Part shown: positions 51,420-63,926 of the stretch, piece by piece | Layout of the letters: every line of letters starts with the position of its first letter | Numbering within the stretch: the stretch's first letter is position 1 | Assembly: GCA_030390025.1 (NCBI GenBank) | Contig: CM059432.1 | Span: 106,084,001-106,148,000, forward strand | DNA from: Squalus acanthias | Lineage: Eukaryota | DNA: 64,000 bases | Direction of reading: 5' to 3' | Made by a program: the position numbers and the translations under genes | Notes under the pieces: model-generated | The model's input: the letters and a program-made list of their open reading frames with translations, nothing else | What the model was told of the DNA's origin: nothing | Databases searched by the model: none

Positions 51420-52020
51420 CTAAAATTGAAGCAATTGTTAAGATTGAGTATTTTTGATTGTCGAATTAGGCACTCAGGAAAATCTGGTTCCACTTTCTTT
51501 ACGAGAGGAGTTTCTGCCAAATATTTTGACAGAGGAAGTTGTTGGTTGGATATTTCAGTTTCCATTCACCTCAATTATCCAGTTATTGATCTCCTATCCA
51601 CATTCTACCTTAGCTTTCTGTCCCCATCTCAGAGAAAAAAAAGCATGTAAGCACACATATTTCTGTGAATTGAGATAAATTTAGTAAGTTCCTCGGATTT
51701 TCGGGCTGAGGAAGGCCTGGACAGGCCAAGCAGTGCAGAACTGTTTCACTTTTTTACAGATTAGTTGTACTGCTCAGTCTTCTGGTGTCCAGAAGACATG
51801 GTCACCTCCAATGCCAAGTCTGATTCTGCTTATGTTGGGATTGTTTACTGCACCAACACTGATGTCAGCAGCAATGTAAGGTAGGTGAGTTATCAACATT
51901 TCCACTTTATGAGAATTGACAACAGTTAAGTGATCAAAAAGAGATGGTGACAAAAAGCATGTTAATTTCAAAAATTGGTTGTACAAAACTTGAATTACAA
52001 CTGTAGAACCAAAAAGATTC

Positions 52021-52450
52021 TAAAGGACAGAAGGAGGCCATTCAGCCCATCGTGTCTGTGCGGGCTGTTTGCTAGAGCAATCCAAAACTAACCAACTGGT
52101 ATACTCGCTCCCTGTAGCCACGTATCTCCCTCTGCTTCAAATATTTATCCAATTTTCCCTTAAAGGTGCAATGATGTCTGCCTCAACTACTCCTTCTGAC
52201 AAAGCATTCCATACTTCAATAACCCTGTGTAAAGAAATTTCTCCTAAACTCGCTCCTCATTCTCTTAGTAATAACTTTAAATTGATGAACCGTCATGACT
52301 GACTCCCAAACCAGAGGAAAAATCTTTCTCTATTCATGCTACCAAAATCCTTCATAGTTTTAATTTAAAAACTATTTTAAAAAATTATTAAATCTCCTTT
52401 TAGCCTTTTTTGCTTCAGTAGAAATAGTCCCAGTATTTCAAGTCCTTCCT
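52021..52450 (-). mobile_element. old CR1 3' fragment
   Basis: ggaggccattcagccc 3' UTR signature and decayed C-terminal coding sequence. Confidence 0.65.
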
Positions 52451-52702
52451 TATATCTTTTGTCTTATCGGCTAGCCTTTTTTCAGATACCCTTTTAACCT
52501 TCAAAACTTTGTTTTCAACTCCCCGCTACATTTTCTACATTCATCATGATTTTGTTTAATATTATTAGCCATAACCTTATTATATACTTCCATTTTAAGT
52601 TTCAGTTCAGTTTTAATCTCTCTATCCTTTGATGCATTCCCTTTTCACCTTACAGGAACACATTTATTTTGTACTCTATCCATCTCATATTTGGATATTT
52701 AT

Positions 52703-54848
52703 TTTTATTCGCTTATGTGATCTGGGCGTCGCTGGCAAGGCCCGCATTTATTGCCCATCCCTAGTTGCCCTTGAGAAGGTGGTGGTGAGCCACCTTCTTG
52801 AACCGCTGCAGTCCGTGTGGTGAAGGTACTCCCACAGTGCTGTTAGGGAGGGAGTTCCAGGATTTTGAGCCAGCGACGATGAAGGATCGGCGACATACTT
52901 CTAAGTCAGGATGGTGTGCGACTTGGAGGGGAACTTGCAGGTGGTGGTGTTCCCATGCGCCTGCTGCCCTTGTCCTTCTAGGTGGAAGAGGTCACGGGTT
53001 TGGGAGGTGCTGCCGAAGAAGCCTTGGCGAGTTGCTGCAGTGCATCTTGTAGATGGTACACACTGCAGCCACGGTACGCCAGTGGTGGAGGGAGTGAATG
53101 TTTAAGGTGGTGGATGGGGTGCCAATCAAACGGGCTGCTTTGTCCTGGATGGTGTCGAGCTTCTTCAGTGTTGTTGGAGCTGCACTCATCCAGGCAAGTG
53201 GAGAGTATTCCATCACACTCCTTACTTGTGCCTTGTAGATGGTGGAAAGGCTTTGGGGAGTCAGGAGATGAGACGCTCGCTGCAGAATACCTAGCCTCTG
53301 ACCTGCTCTTGTTGCCACAGTATTTATGTGGCTGGTCCAGTTAAGTTTCTTGTCAATGGTGACCCCCCAGGATGTTGATGGTGGGGGATTTGGCGATGGT
53401 AATGCCGTTGAATGTCATGGGGAAGTGGTTAGACTCTCGCTTGTTGGAGATAATCACTGCCTGGCACTTGTGTGGCGCGAATGTTACCTGCCACTTATCA
53501 GCCCAAGCCTGAACATTGTCCAGGTCTTGTTGCATGCGGACATGGACTGCTTCATTATCTGAGGAGTTGTGAATGGCACTGAACACTGTGCAGTCATCAG
53601 CGAACATCCCCATTTCTGACCTTATGTTGGAGGGAAGGTCATTGATGAAGCAGCTGAAGATGATTGGGCCTAGGACACTGCCCTGAGGAACTCCTGCAGC
53701 GATGTCCTGAGGCTGTGATGATTCACCTTCAATCACCACAACCATCTTCCTTTGTGCTAGGTATGATTCCAGCCAGTGGAGCGTTTTCCCCGATTCCCAT
53801 TGACTTCAGTTTTACTAGAGCTTCTTGATGCCACACTCGGTCAAATGCTGCCTTGATGTCAAGGGCAGTCACTCTCACCTCACCTCTGGAATTCAGCTCC
53901 TTTGTCCATGTTTGGACCAAGGCTGTAATAAGGTCGGGAGCCGAGTGGTCTTGCCGGAACCCAAACTGGGCATCAGTAAGCAGGTTATTGGTAAGTGCCG
54001 CTTGATAGCACTGTCGATGACACCTTCCATCACTTTGCTGATGATTGAGAGTAGACTGATGGGGCGGTAATTGGCCGGATTGGATTTGTCCGCTTTTTGT
54101 GGACAGGACATACCTGGGCAGTTTTCCACATTGTCGGATAGATGCCAGTGTTGTAGCCGTACTGGAACAGCTTGGCTAGCGGCGCAGCTAGTTCTGGAGC
54201 ACAAGTCTTCAGCACGATAGCCGGGATGTTGTCGGGGCCCATAGCCTTTGCTGTATCCAGTGTGCTCAGCTGTTTCTTGATATCACGTGGAGTGAATCGA
54301 ATTGGCTGAAAACTGGCTTCTGTGATGGTGGGGCCCTCAGGAGTAGGCCAATATGGATCATCCACTCGGCACTTCTGGCTGAAGATGGTTGCAAACGCTT
54401 CAGCCTTGTCTTTTGCACTCACGTGCTGGGCTCCACCATCATTGAGGATGGGGATATTCATGGAGCCTCCTCCTCCCGTTAGTTGTTTAATGGTCCACCA
54501 CCATTCACGACTGGATGTGGCAGGACTGCTGTAAGGTATGAGCTTTGATCTGATCCATTGATTATGGGATCGTTTAGCCCTGTCTATAGCATGCTGCTTC
54601 CGCTTTTTAGCATGCATGTAGTCCTGTGTTGCAGCTTCTCCAGATTGGCACCTCATTTTGAGGTATGCCTGGTGCCGCTCCCGGCATGCTTTTCTACACT
54701 CCTTATTGAACCAGGGTTGTCCCCCACCCAGAGTACATTCTGTGCCCTTGCTACTCTCAGTGCTTCTTCCAAGTGGTGTTCAACATGGAGGAGTACTGAT
54801 TCATCAGCTGAGGGAGGGCGGTAGGTGGTAATCAGCAGGAGGTTTCTC
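52703..54848 (-). mobile_element. non-LTR retrotransposon of a second family (CR1/L2/Jockey group), RT with frameshifts
   Basis: GPDNIP, NYRPISLL, LDIKAAFDRVWH, GVPQGSVLGP, FADD in ORFs between 52992 and 54656; 3' end near 52703. Confidence 0.9.
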
Positions 54849-54849
54849 C

Positions 54850-55425
54850 CACTCTCAAAGCAGTTATTTACACTCTACTGCATTCCCCAGAACTAAATCA
54901 AGCAATGTTTCTTTCCTTGTTGGACTAGAAACATGCTGATCTAAGAAGCAGTCCTGGATGCATCTTAAAAGTATTCCCCACTTTGACCACATGCATTGCC
55001 TTTATTTCAGTCTATCTTAGGATAGTTAAAATCACTCAGTATTATTTTCCCCTTTTTTATTACATATCAGCATGAACTGTCTTTAGATCTCTACCCCAAT
55101 CTCATCCCTACTATTTGGTGACCTATAATGCACACCAAACATTGTACCGTTCCCCTTCCTGTTTGTTAACTGTATTGTCTTAACGCAACCCTCCAGAACA
55201 TTCTTGCATTCTAGCTGTGGTAGAATCCTTCACTAACAAAGTCACCTATCCCACTTTTTCCCTTCCTTATCTCTCCTGAAAATTTTATAATCAGGAATAT
55301 TAAGTTCCCAGTCCTGTCCAAATCTAAGCCATGTCTCCATTATAGCTACTATATATTTCCTCTAAAGTTATTCATGCCTCTAATTCGCCAATGTTGTTCT
55401 GAATGCTTTGTACATTCACATCGAT
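54850..55425 (-). mobile_element. old CR1 endonuclease-domain fragment
   Basis: Decayed NVQSIQN, METWL, GQDWELNIP, DFNYP, PTRKETLLDLVLGN. Confidence 0.7.
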
Positions 55426-55532
55426 TCCACTCAATCCTGCCTCCAATTTTCTGGAACATTGACACATTCATTTTTCTGGATTTCTTGTTTTTTTTTTAAA
55501 TATCTCTTGCTCCTTTTATAATCCCTCACTAT

Positions 55533-55720
55533 GGGCTGGATTTTGCCAGCCCTGGGGAGGCGGGTTTGGAGGCAGGACTGCCGGGAAAATGGCAAAATCT
55601 GGGGGTGGGTTGGGTACCCAACCCGCCTCCGTGCCATCTTCCCAGGAGGCGGGTACCCGACCTGCACCGGGTCCCGTCTCCTGGAGGCGGGAAGGGGATT
55701 ACAGCCACTTAACTGCCTGT
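55533..55720. mobile_element. left-end fragment of Harbinger-type MITE family B
   Basis: Colinear with 31494-31680. Confidence 0.8.
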
Positions 55721-55759
55721 GCATGGAGAAATCAAGAGTAAGTGACTCAGGTAAGCTTA

Positions 55760-55873
55760 ATACAAAAGCGAAATACTGCAGATGCTGGAAATCTGAAATA
55801 AAAACAGAGAATGCTGGAAATACTCAGCAGATCAGGCAGCATCCGTGGAGAGAGAAACAGAGTTAACGTTTCA
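55760..55873 (-). mobile_element. Penelope-like pseudo-LTR fragment (family of 59568), truncated within the hammerhead
   Basis: Matches 59568-59675. Confidence 0.7.
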
Positions 55874-56111
55874 GAGTCTAGTAACCTTGTTGGGGAATGC
55901 ATCTGGGAATTGTAGTTCTTGGTGCTGGGGTAAGAAGGCAGATAAAAGAAACATCAGAAGGTGAACTAATTTGAATTTATTTTGGTAGAAGTAAATTAGC
56001 TAGAAATATTTTTGGTGGGATGTGTTTGATGAGAGGTTTTACATAATATGATTGGTGAATAATATAAGTAAAATATTCAATTAGAAAGGAATAAAACTTG
56101 AAGACCTAAAC

Positions 56112-56896
56112 ATTTGGGGAGGGCTAACAATGAAAGGGAATACACATTAAATGGTAGGACACTGAGTAGTGTAGAGGAACAAAGGGACCTTGGAGTGCAT
56201 GTCCACAGATCCCTGAAGGTAGCAGGTCAGGTAGATAAGATGGTTAAGAAGGCATACGGAATGCTTGCCTTTATTAGCCGTGGCATAGAATACAAGAGCA
56301 GGGGGGTTATGCTTCAACTGTATAAAACACTAGTTAGGCCTCAGCTAGAGTACTGCGTGCAGTTCTGGTCACCACATTACAGGAAAGATGTGATTGCACT
56401 AGAGAGGGTACAGAGGAGATTTACAAGGATGTTGCCAGGAGTAGAGAATCTTAGCTATGAGGAAAGACTGGATAGGCTGGGTTTGTTTTCCTTTCAACAG
56501 AGGAGGCTGAGGGGAGACCTTATTGAGGTGTATAAAATTATGAGGGGCCGAGATAAAGTGGATAGAAAGGACCTATTTCCCTTAGCAGAGGGGACAAAAA
56601 TCAGGGGGCACAGATTTAAAGTAATTGGTGGAAGGTTTAGAGGGGATTTGAGGGGAAATTTCTTCACCCAGAGGGTTGTGGGGGTCTGGAACTCACTGCC
56701 TGAAAGGGTGGTAGAGGCAGGAACCCGAACCACATTTAAAAAGTACTTGGATGTGCACTTGGGATGCTGTAACCTGCAGGGCTACGGACCAAGAGCTGGG
56801 AAGTGGGATTAGGCTGGATAGCTCTTTGTTGGCCGGCACAGACACAATGGGCCGAAATGGCCTCCTTCCGTACTGTAACTTTCTATGATTCTATGA
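56112..56896 (+). mobile_element. CR1 3' fragment of a distinct subfamily (TTCTATGA tail)
   Basis: ORF 56114..56812. Confidence 0.92.
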
Positions 56897-57917
56897 ACAC
56901 TTAAACCAATGAGGAAGGAGAAAATTGACTAATTGCTCTACACTCATGATGTACAGGGCAGACTCAAGTTAAGCACATTTTTAAGATCAAAGGAATGTTT
57001 CAAAATAAGGCCATAAGGATAACCTTATTTTGACTATTCACAGTGGTAATCTCAAAAAATATTTTTTAATCTCATTATGTAGTGGCTGACCGTGTATATT
57101 TTAGTTGCAGAAATGAAAGGTTAGGTCAGATATCAGTCTCCCCACCTCACCCGCATCGTAAGCGCACTCTGACATGACCTGAGGCCGCCTAGAGTCTCAA
57201 GTTCAGATCATTACCCTGTGCCCAGAAATGGGGCAAAAACAGCAGCAGAAATAGCCACCAACTGTAGAGCTCTCTGGCTGCTGTTGAAAAATAGCAGCCA
57301 AAAGGCCTCCAGCCCTGAAGATCCATTGGGGATCTGTAAAAAAAAAAAGGCCTTCCTTGTTTGTTGCCTGCTCCTCTCAGAATCTCCAATCTGAAAGGGG
57401 CAAGGCACAAGCACTTCTGCTAGCATCTTCTGGAAACCCCTGCATTTGAACCCTTCCATCTCATTTACCACTGCCTCTTTCTTGCCTCTGGTCAAGCACT
57501 CTGAACTCCTCTACACCCACCCCCCACAACTGGATCCCCAGGAAATCCCTGAGCAATGTTAAGGGGGAAGAGACCTGGCGTCACAGGTCTTACCCCTTTT
57601 CTTCACCACTGCACTTGGGAATTGAATATTCCCCAGACACTCAGGAGAGGATCATGTTATTTTCAATCAATTCATTTGGATAAACTGATTAATGTTATAC
57701 CTAAGTATAGCTTTATGCTCATAAAAAGGTGCACAATATTACGCCTTTATGATAAGGGCACAAACCCAGCCATGCAGGAGTTTTTATGTTTCTTAAGGTG
57801 CAAAGTTATGAAATGCACATTTTATTATTTTTGGTTCCATTTAAAAAAGGTAAGTTATTGTTAAGCAACAAACCTCACTAGTTAATTTTCGAGTGCTACC
57901 TACTGAATAATAATTAC

Positions 57918-57983
57918 CTTTCAGTTTCTGGCAAGTTCAGCCATTGAAGTATTGTAAATACCCTTCGCTCATAGGGAATGACA
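57918..57983 (-). CDS. ENPP2: ENPP2 exon (66 nt) (I)VIPYERRVFTILQWLNLPETE(R)
   Basis: CAG acceptor, GTAAT donor, phase 2-2. Confidence 0.96.
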
Positions 57984-58565
57984 CTGCAACAAGAAAAAAA
58001 TACATAGCATATGATTTACCCAGTTTAAAAAATGCACATTGTACATCCTGGCTTTAAAATATATAATGGGAAAAAAATCCAGTTACAATGTTTGTAATCT
58101 GTAACTAGACATTAAATATGCAACAGAATGGCCAAAGATGATTCACTGTCCTTTTTGTGTAACAGAAAACAGTGACATAGGAGCATGTGATTGCAAATCT
58201 GTGAAAACAGAGCAAGCAGAACAATATAGGCAGACTGCAAAGCAGACAAGTTAGAGAGGATGAAAGAGTCAGAGAAGAAGTGTAACAGAGATAACCTAAA
58301 GCAAATTGCAATCACCTGAGAAAGTAAAACATGTGAGCAAAATACACATGTGCAATTAGAATTGAAAATATACAAATAACTTTTCTGACCCTGTAAAATT
58401 AACAAAACAGAAAATAATACAACAGAACAATAACACTAAAGCCAACAGGTATGATACTTCGATTTTACTTAATTAGCTTAGTCAACCAATAAATTATTTA
58501 AAGCCTCCTCTTGGCACGCCAATACAGTGAGTGTTGAAAGAGATTGAATAAAGCTATTGACTTAC

Positions 58566-58621
58566 ATAGGCCAGAAAAATGTGCCAGCCTTTACTGCTTG
58601 ATTGACAGTCGTTACCCAGAT
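58566..58621 (-). CDS. ENPP2: ENPP2 exon (56 nt) IWVTTVNQAVKAGTFFWP
   Basis: TAG acceptor, GTAAG donor; matches autotaxin LWITATKQGVKAGTFFW. Confidence 0.95.
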
Positions 58622-58784
58622 CTAGCATGATATGGGAAAACAAATCAGATTGAAATTGTACAGGAAAATGTAAAAAAGTTACTGAGATGACGTATACTAT
58701 TAAGGAAAATAAACAATAAAAGTAAGCCTTTTCTTACATTGCATACGTTTTATTTATTTAAATTTATTCTAACAAGTTTTTTTT

Positions 58785-59410
58785 TATTTCATTCTTGGGA
58801 TATGGGCGTCGCGAGCAAGGCCAACATCTATTTCCCATCCCTAGTTGCCCTTGAGAAGGTGGTGGTGATCCGCCTTCTTGAACCGCTGCAGTGCGTCTGG
58901 TGAAGGTATTCCCACAGTGCTGTTAGGGAGGGAGTTCCAGGCTTTTGACCCAGCGACAATGAAGGATTGGCGAAATATGTCCAAGTCAGGATGGTGTGTG
59001 ACTTGGAGGTGGTGGTGTTCCCATGCGCCTGCTGCCCTTGTCCTTCCAGGCAGTAAAGGTTGCGGGTTTGGGAGGTGCTGCCGAAGAAGCCTTACTGAGT
59101 TGCTGCAGTGCATCTTGTAGATGGTACACACTGCAGCCACTGTATGCCGGTGGTGGAGGGAGTGAATGTTTAAGGTGGTGGATGGGGTGCCGATCAAGCG
59201 GGCTGCTTTGTCCTGGATGGTGTCGAGCTTCTTCAGTGTTGTTGGAGCTGCACTCATCCAGGCAAGTGGAGAGTATTCCATCACACTCCTTACTTGTGCC
59301 TTGTCGATGGTGGAAAGGCTTTGGGGAGTCAGGAGGTGAGACACTCGCCACAGAATACCCAGCCTCTGACCTGCTCTAGTAGTCATGGCATTTATGTGGC
59401 TGGTCCAGTC
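58785..59410 (-). mobile_element. 3' fragment of the second LINE family
   Basis: Colinear with 52703-53340. Confidence 0.9.
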
Positions 59411-59567
59411 ATTACCAGAAATACAAATTTTAAAAGTCATTCTAGATAAAATCAAAAATTAACCTTAGTGATTATTGCCCCTTCTCACAACACAGACACT
59501 TTTATTTTCTCCCAACTTTAAACCCCTGCATCCACCTGATCTTCTCAGTCAGGATAGAAGGAATTGA

Positions 59568-59796
59568 TAGCAAAATACTGCGGCGCTGGAAATCCGAAAT
59601 AACAACAGAAAACGCTGGAAAAACTCAGCAGGCCAGGCAACATCCGTGGAGAGAGAAACAGAGTTAACGTTTCAGGTCGAAACCCTTCGTCGGAAGAGTT
59701 CCGACGAAGGGTTTCGACCTGAAACGTTAACTCTGTTTCTCTCTCCACGGATGTTGCCTGGCCTGCTGAGGTTTTTCTAGCGTTTTCTGTTGTTAT
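59568..59796. mobile_element. fold-back Penelope-like pseudo-LTR insertion
   Basis: About 97-bp near-perfect inverted arms centred at 59697; perfect 14-bp TSD ATAGAAGGAATTGA. Confidence 0.8.
59695..59734 (+). ncRNA. minimal hammerhead-like motif (U4C core variant)
   Basis: AGAGUU-CCGACGA-A-GGGU(UUCG)ACCU-GAA-ACGU-U-AACUCU: 6-bp stem I, UUCG-capped stem II, palindromic stem III. Confidence 0.6.
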
Positions 59797-62084
59797 ATAG
59801 AAGGAATTGAGTCTGCCGAAACCACTCTCTGCTCAGGGGCACGTGTTAAAAATGCAGGAAGGAAGCCTTTACAGGCAGCTGTCTGCACCCAATAGTAAAT
59901 CAAAATGGGACACGACCTCAGGTCTGGCCTGCCAACATGAATCTTTATTAGAATTTGTGATATTCAATTGTAGCCAGTAAAATTATTTTCTTTAAATACT
60001 TCTGACATAATCATACCGTACACAAACAGAAGTGAACCAACATTTGCTGTCTGACATGACACCCCCCACCTGCTGATTCTGATTGACCTGCTGCCACGAC
60101 CTTTCTTGCCCCAATCTCCCGCTACTCTCCAGGGCTGCAGAGAGGCCCAGAGCGCTTCAGTAGTAAAAAATGGAATCTCCAACTCCTCCAGAAACCCAGA
60201 TTTCCCAAACCAGGCTCACCCACTCTGTGATTGCTGAAAGAGGAAGAGGTGGCACAAGGACAAAGGAAATGAAATAAGGTAAAAGAACTAAATCAAACAA
60301 AGAGAGTGAGGAAAAAGCTGCAGCAGGGCAGAGAAGGAAAGGATAGAAAAGTGATGCTGAATTTGCATTTCTTTTTGAAGAATGTCTGAGCAGGGGAAAA
60401 CAAGAAAGAAAAGATTACAGCAGCAAAAGAAAGAACAGCCATCTCAGTACAAGTTAGGAATAATGCAAAGGGGGAGAAAAGCAGCCAAGAAAAGCAAAAA
60501 AACTCAAGAAAGAACTAGCAGAAGAGAATACAGTTAAGGAAGATGTTGTTACCCACACTATGACCTGGCCAATAAACTAATCAGGGAACGCCCAGCGTCA
60601 TTTCCTAGAGCATTCACCACAGAACTCAATAACTGGAAGAAAGCAAGGTGCACTGTACGATACAAAATGCAGCCAAGAAGAGCCACAAAAGAAACACAAC
60701 AGTTCTCTAAAGAAGAAAGCCCCAGCTCAAAAGGCAACAACCCCTCCCACTCTGCATTATCAACCACGAGCATCCCCGAATCAGAAAGCATAGGCAAACC
60801 AACCCAATATTTAAGAGGATAATTCCAGCCTCCCCAGCCAATTACAACAGGAGCAGGAAGCCAGGTAAGTGCTAAACTGGTGCAATATCCACACTCACCC
60901 TTAGCAGAGCAGCCAATGGGATCAAAGATCCCTAAAATGGCTGACCTTCTGGCACCAGACCCCTCCTGTGGACCCGTTTGTTTATTCCACCAGTGAAGCC
61001 AGGAGATATCCAGCAAGGACTCTCACAGTACAGGAGGAGGCCCTCCCACCAGTTCCTAAAAAGATCTGTTTTTCACCCGGAACAGAGTAATGCAGAAGGG
61101 CCCAAGTGTTCACCCCAGTAACCCTACCAGCAGACTCTGCCACATAGAGCAAATCAGAGCTACTGTCCCCTCCCAGTAGGGTTCACCTCAATTGCATGCA
61201 CAGCCTGGCATGAGAAGGGAATTTCAATGGAATGAAAATCCGGTAGGTTCTATAAAGGGCAGGCGATCTGCTCCACCAGATTAATGCCCAAGCAGTGAAG
61301 ACACAAATCTACCCGATGGAGTCAGACCCCAAACATCGCCACCTGCAGCAAAATACAGCAACGGCAATTTATCATCATGCCGCACCCTACACATTACAAA
61401 TTCCAAGCCTCCATACCAGACAACTGCTGTAGGGGCTGTGGCCAGAAAGGACCCTGCATCACATATTCTGGTCACGTCCCCACAGCCAGTCATTCTAGAC
61501 AGAGTCCGGGCGATAACTAGGAACATAACCATTTTCACAGTGCAAGACAAGTCAGCTCAATGCTTGTTGGGCTTGCCCACTGGAAAGAAAGGGCCGCTCA
61601 CAACGGACAAGACTCTGGTCGCTTGCAGATGCATTCCCATCTGTGGCAAAGTGCCGCCCCACCCAAACCAAAAGTGTCACTGAAACACAAGTAAGGCATC
61701 TGCCAATCAGAACGAGTGACATTTGTCCTTTGCCTGGAACCAGACAGTCTGGGCCCCATTCTTGGAGACGCACTTAACACAAACTACCCCCTCAGCACAG
61801 CAATTCGCCCACAGGTTATGAGGAGCATCAACCTCATTCAACATTCAGGACCCCTCCCCATTGTCCTCAAGCTTAACTAACCCCAGATCCCAAGGCCAAA
61901 CAAGCTGCCTTGATTTCCCTTCCCCCCCCAAACCCACACTGTTCCCAGTGCAGCAGCCTGATGCTTTCGATACATTCCTCCCACAAACACCATGCAGTCA
62001 GGATGCACAGTGATTTCATAAATTATGTATGGAAATGCATCCTGTTTGATTGCATGTATGCTCAACACTTTGATAATGATGAGA

Positions 62085-62322
62085 ACTTGTTGGCCAAGAC
62101 ACCAAGAGAACTGCCCTGCTCTTCTTCGAATTGTACCATGGGATCTTTCATGTCCACCTGAGAGGGCAAATGGGGCCTCAGTTCAACATCTCATCCAAAT
62201 GACAGCACCTCTGACAATGCAGTACTGATGTTTCAGTCGAGATTATGCGTTGAAGCCCCTGGATGGAGCTGGATAGCCCATGACCTACTGGCTCAGATAG
62301 AGAGTGCTACCACTGAGCCAAG
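62085..62322 (-). mobile_element. Deu-type SINE 5' fragment
   Basis: Similar to 12070-12325. Confidence 0.7.
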
Positions 62323-62335
62323 CCTTTTAAGGGAA

Positions 62336-63597
62336 CGGTAGCATAGTGGTTATGTTACTGGACTAGTAATCCAGAGGCCTGGACTAATGATTCAGAGACA
62401 TGGGGCTGGATTTGACCAGCCCTGAGGAGGCAGGTTTGGAGGCATGACTGCTGGGAAAATCAAAAAGAATAGGAGCGGGTCCCGAACCTGCTCCCAACCC
62501 GCCTCCAACCAATCTTCCCAGGAGTCGGGTCCCCGATTTGCACAGGGACCCGACTCCTAGCGGCAGGAAGAGGATTATAGCCACTTAACTGCCTGTTAAC
62601 AGGCAGTTAAGAGGCTTTTTCCCATTTTGAGTCTTCTGCTGCGGGCTTCCCGACGTCAGGGAACCCCGCCAGGGTAAGTGAGGCGTGCTGTGGGTCTCTT
62701 GTAATGTTTGTGTATAGATGACAGCTGCAGAAGTGGTGTGAAGGATGCAATGGGACCCTGGTGAGTATTAGAGGTAAGGAAATGTTGGGAAAGTCATTTT
62801 TAATGTGTTTAGATTTTTCTGTAGGTGACAAGCTTTGAAGTGTTTGTGTGGCCTCACCTCATTGGGAGAAGTGACAGATCGCTTCTGTACCCTCACCTGC
62901 AGCTGCCATCTGTTTTATCCTAAGGAGAGAGTCATTGGAGAGCCTAGGTGCAAGGGTTCACCTTTGTACAGTGATTGTCAGTGTTTGACATCACCTCAAT
63001 GCTGTCAAACACTGTCAAATCATCTGTCAAAAATAAATGGTTCATGTCCCTTTATGAAAACCGGCAGATGAAGCATCATCAACTGACGTCATCTGACACT
63101 GGCTTTCCCTTAATTGGCCAGCAAGCCCGCAGGGCGGGCTTAACAAGGCCAATCAGGGGAAAATAGTGTCTGTGCGTCAGACGTCGCTGGGGGTGGGACT
63201 AGAACCCGGAAGGCAGCAGTCCCGCCCCCAACTCGTCTCAGCAGGTAAAATCCAGCCCGAGTTCAAATCCCACCATGGCAGCTGGTTAGTTAAATAAAAA
63301 TCTGGAATAAAAAGATAGCATCAGTAATGGTGACCATGTAACTACCGGATTGTCATAAAAACCCATCTGGTTCACTAATACCCTTTAGGGAACAAAATCT
63401 GCCTTACCTGGTCTAGCCTATATGTAACTCCAGACCCACAGCAATGTGGTTGATTCTTAACTGCCCTCTGAAGTGGCATAGCAAGTCACTTAGTTGTCAA
63501 GAAGGTGGTTCATCACCACCTTCTCCAGGGCAATTAGGGATAGGCAATAAATACTGGTCTTGCCAGCGATGCCCACATCCCGTGAATGTATTTAAAA
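62336..63597 (+). mobile_element. tRNA-derived SINE with LINE-derived tail, split by MITE B
   Basis: A-box TAGCATAGTGG, B-box GAGTTCAAATCCC; tail homologous to the 3' end of the 52703 LINE. Confidence 0.8.
62403..63258. mobile_element. Harbinger-type MITE family B, full copy
   Basis: TIR GGGCTGGATTT(G/T); colinear with 31494-32417; TSD not intact. Confidence 0.85.
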
Positions 63598-63806
63598 AGA
63601 GTACAATATATTGGTGCACATGAATTTATGAATTCAATATTTCAGGGTTAATAAATGCAGATAAAACAAATCTTGCTGCCTTTCATTTCCTTTCCTTAAT
63701 TTGTTTATGAAATGTCACTGGAAGATAAAAGAGGTCTCTAATTAGGGGACAAACTGTGCTACTTTCTACAGCCAAGCTTTCAGCATAAGAGACACTTAGA
63801 ACTTAC

Positions 63807-63926
63807 TGGTTGTCCTCCCCACCATCGAGGATTGAATTTTTCTCTACCTCGAAGGCTGAAGTTGGCATCAAACACAGGGTCATGCATCAAGTTGCCAACA
63901 ATTCCATGCGATTCAGGATAAAGTCC
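63807..63926 (-). CDS. ENPP2: ENPP2 exon (120 nt) [40 protein letters not shown]
   Basis: Manual translation; AG acceptor, GTAAGT donor. Confidence 0.97.

Larger units (their letters stand above)
1574..63926 (-). other. ENPP2: ENPP2/autotaxin gene, internal portion (16 coding exons; 5' and 3' ends outside window)
   Basis: Sixteen minus-strand exons with AG/GT boundaries and compatible phases translate to a continuous protein matching remembered autotaxin sequence; it lacks the ENPP1/3 insertion loop after FFWP. Confidence 0.97.

Noticed and set aside
60558..61016. 152-aa minus-strand ORF
   Set aside because: No recognisable domain or splice context, and the flanking ENPP2 exons already join in frame.
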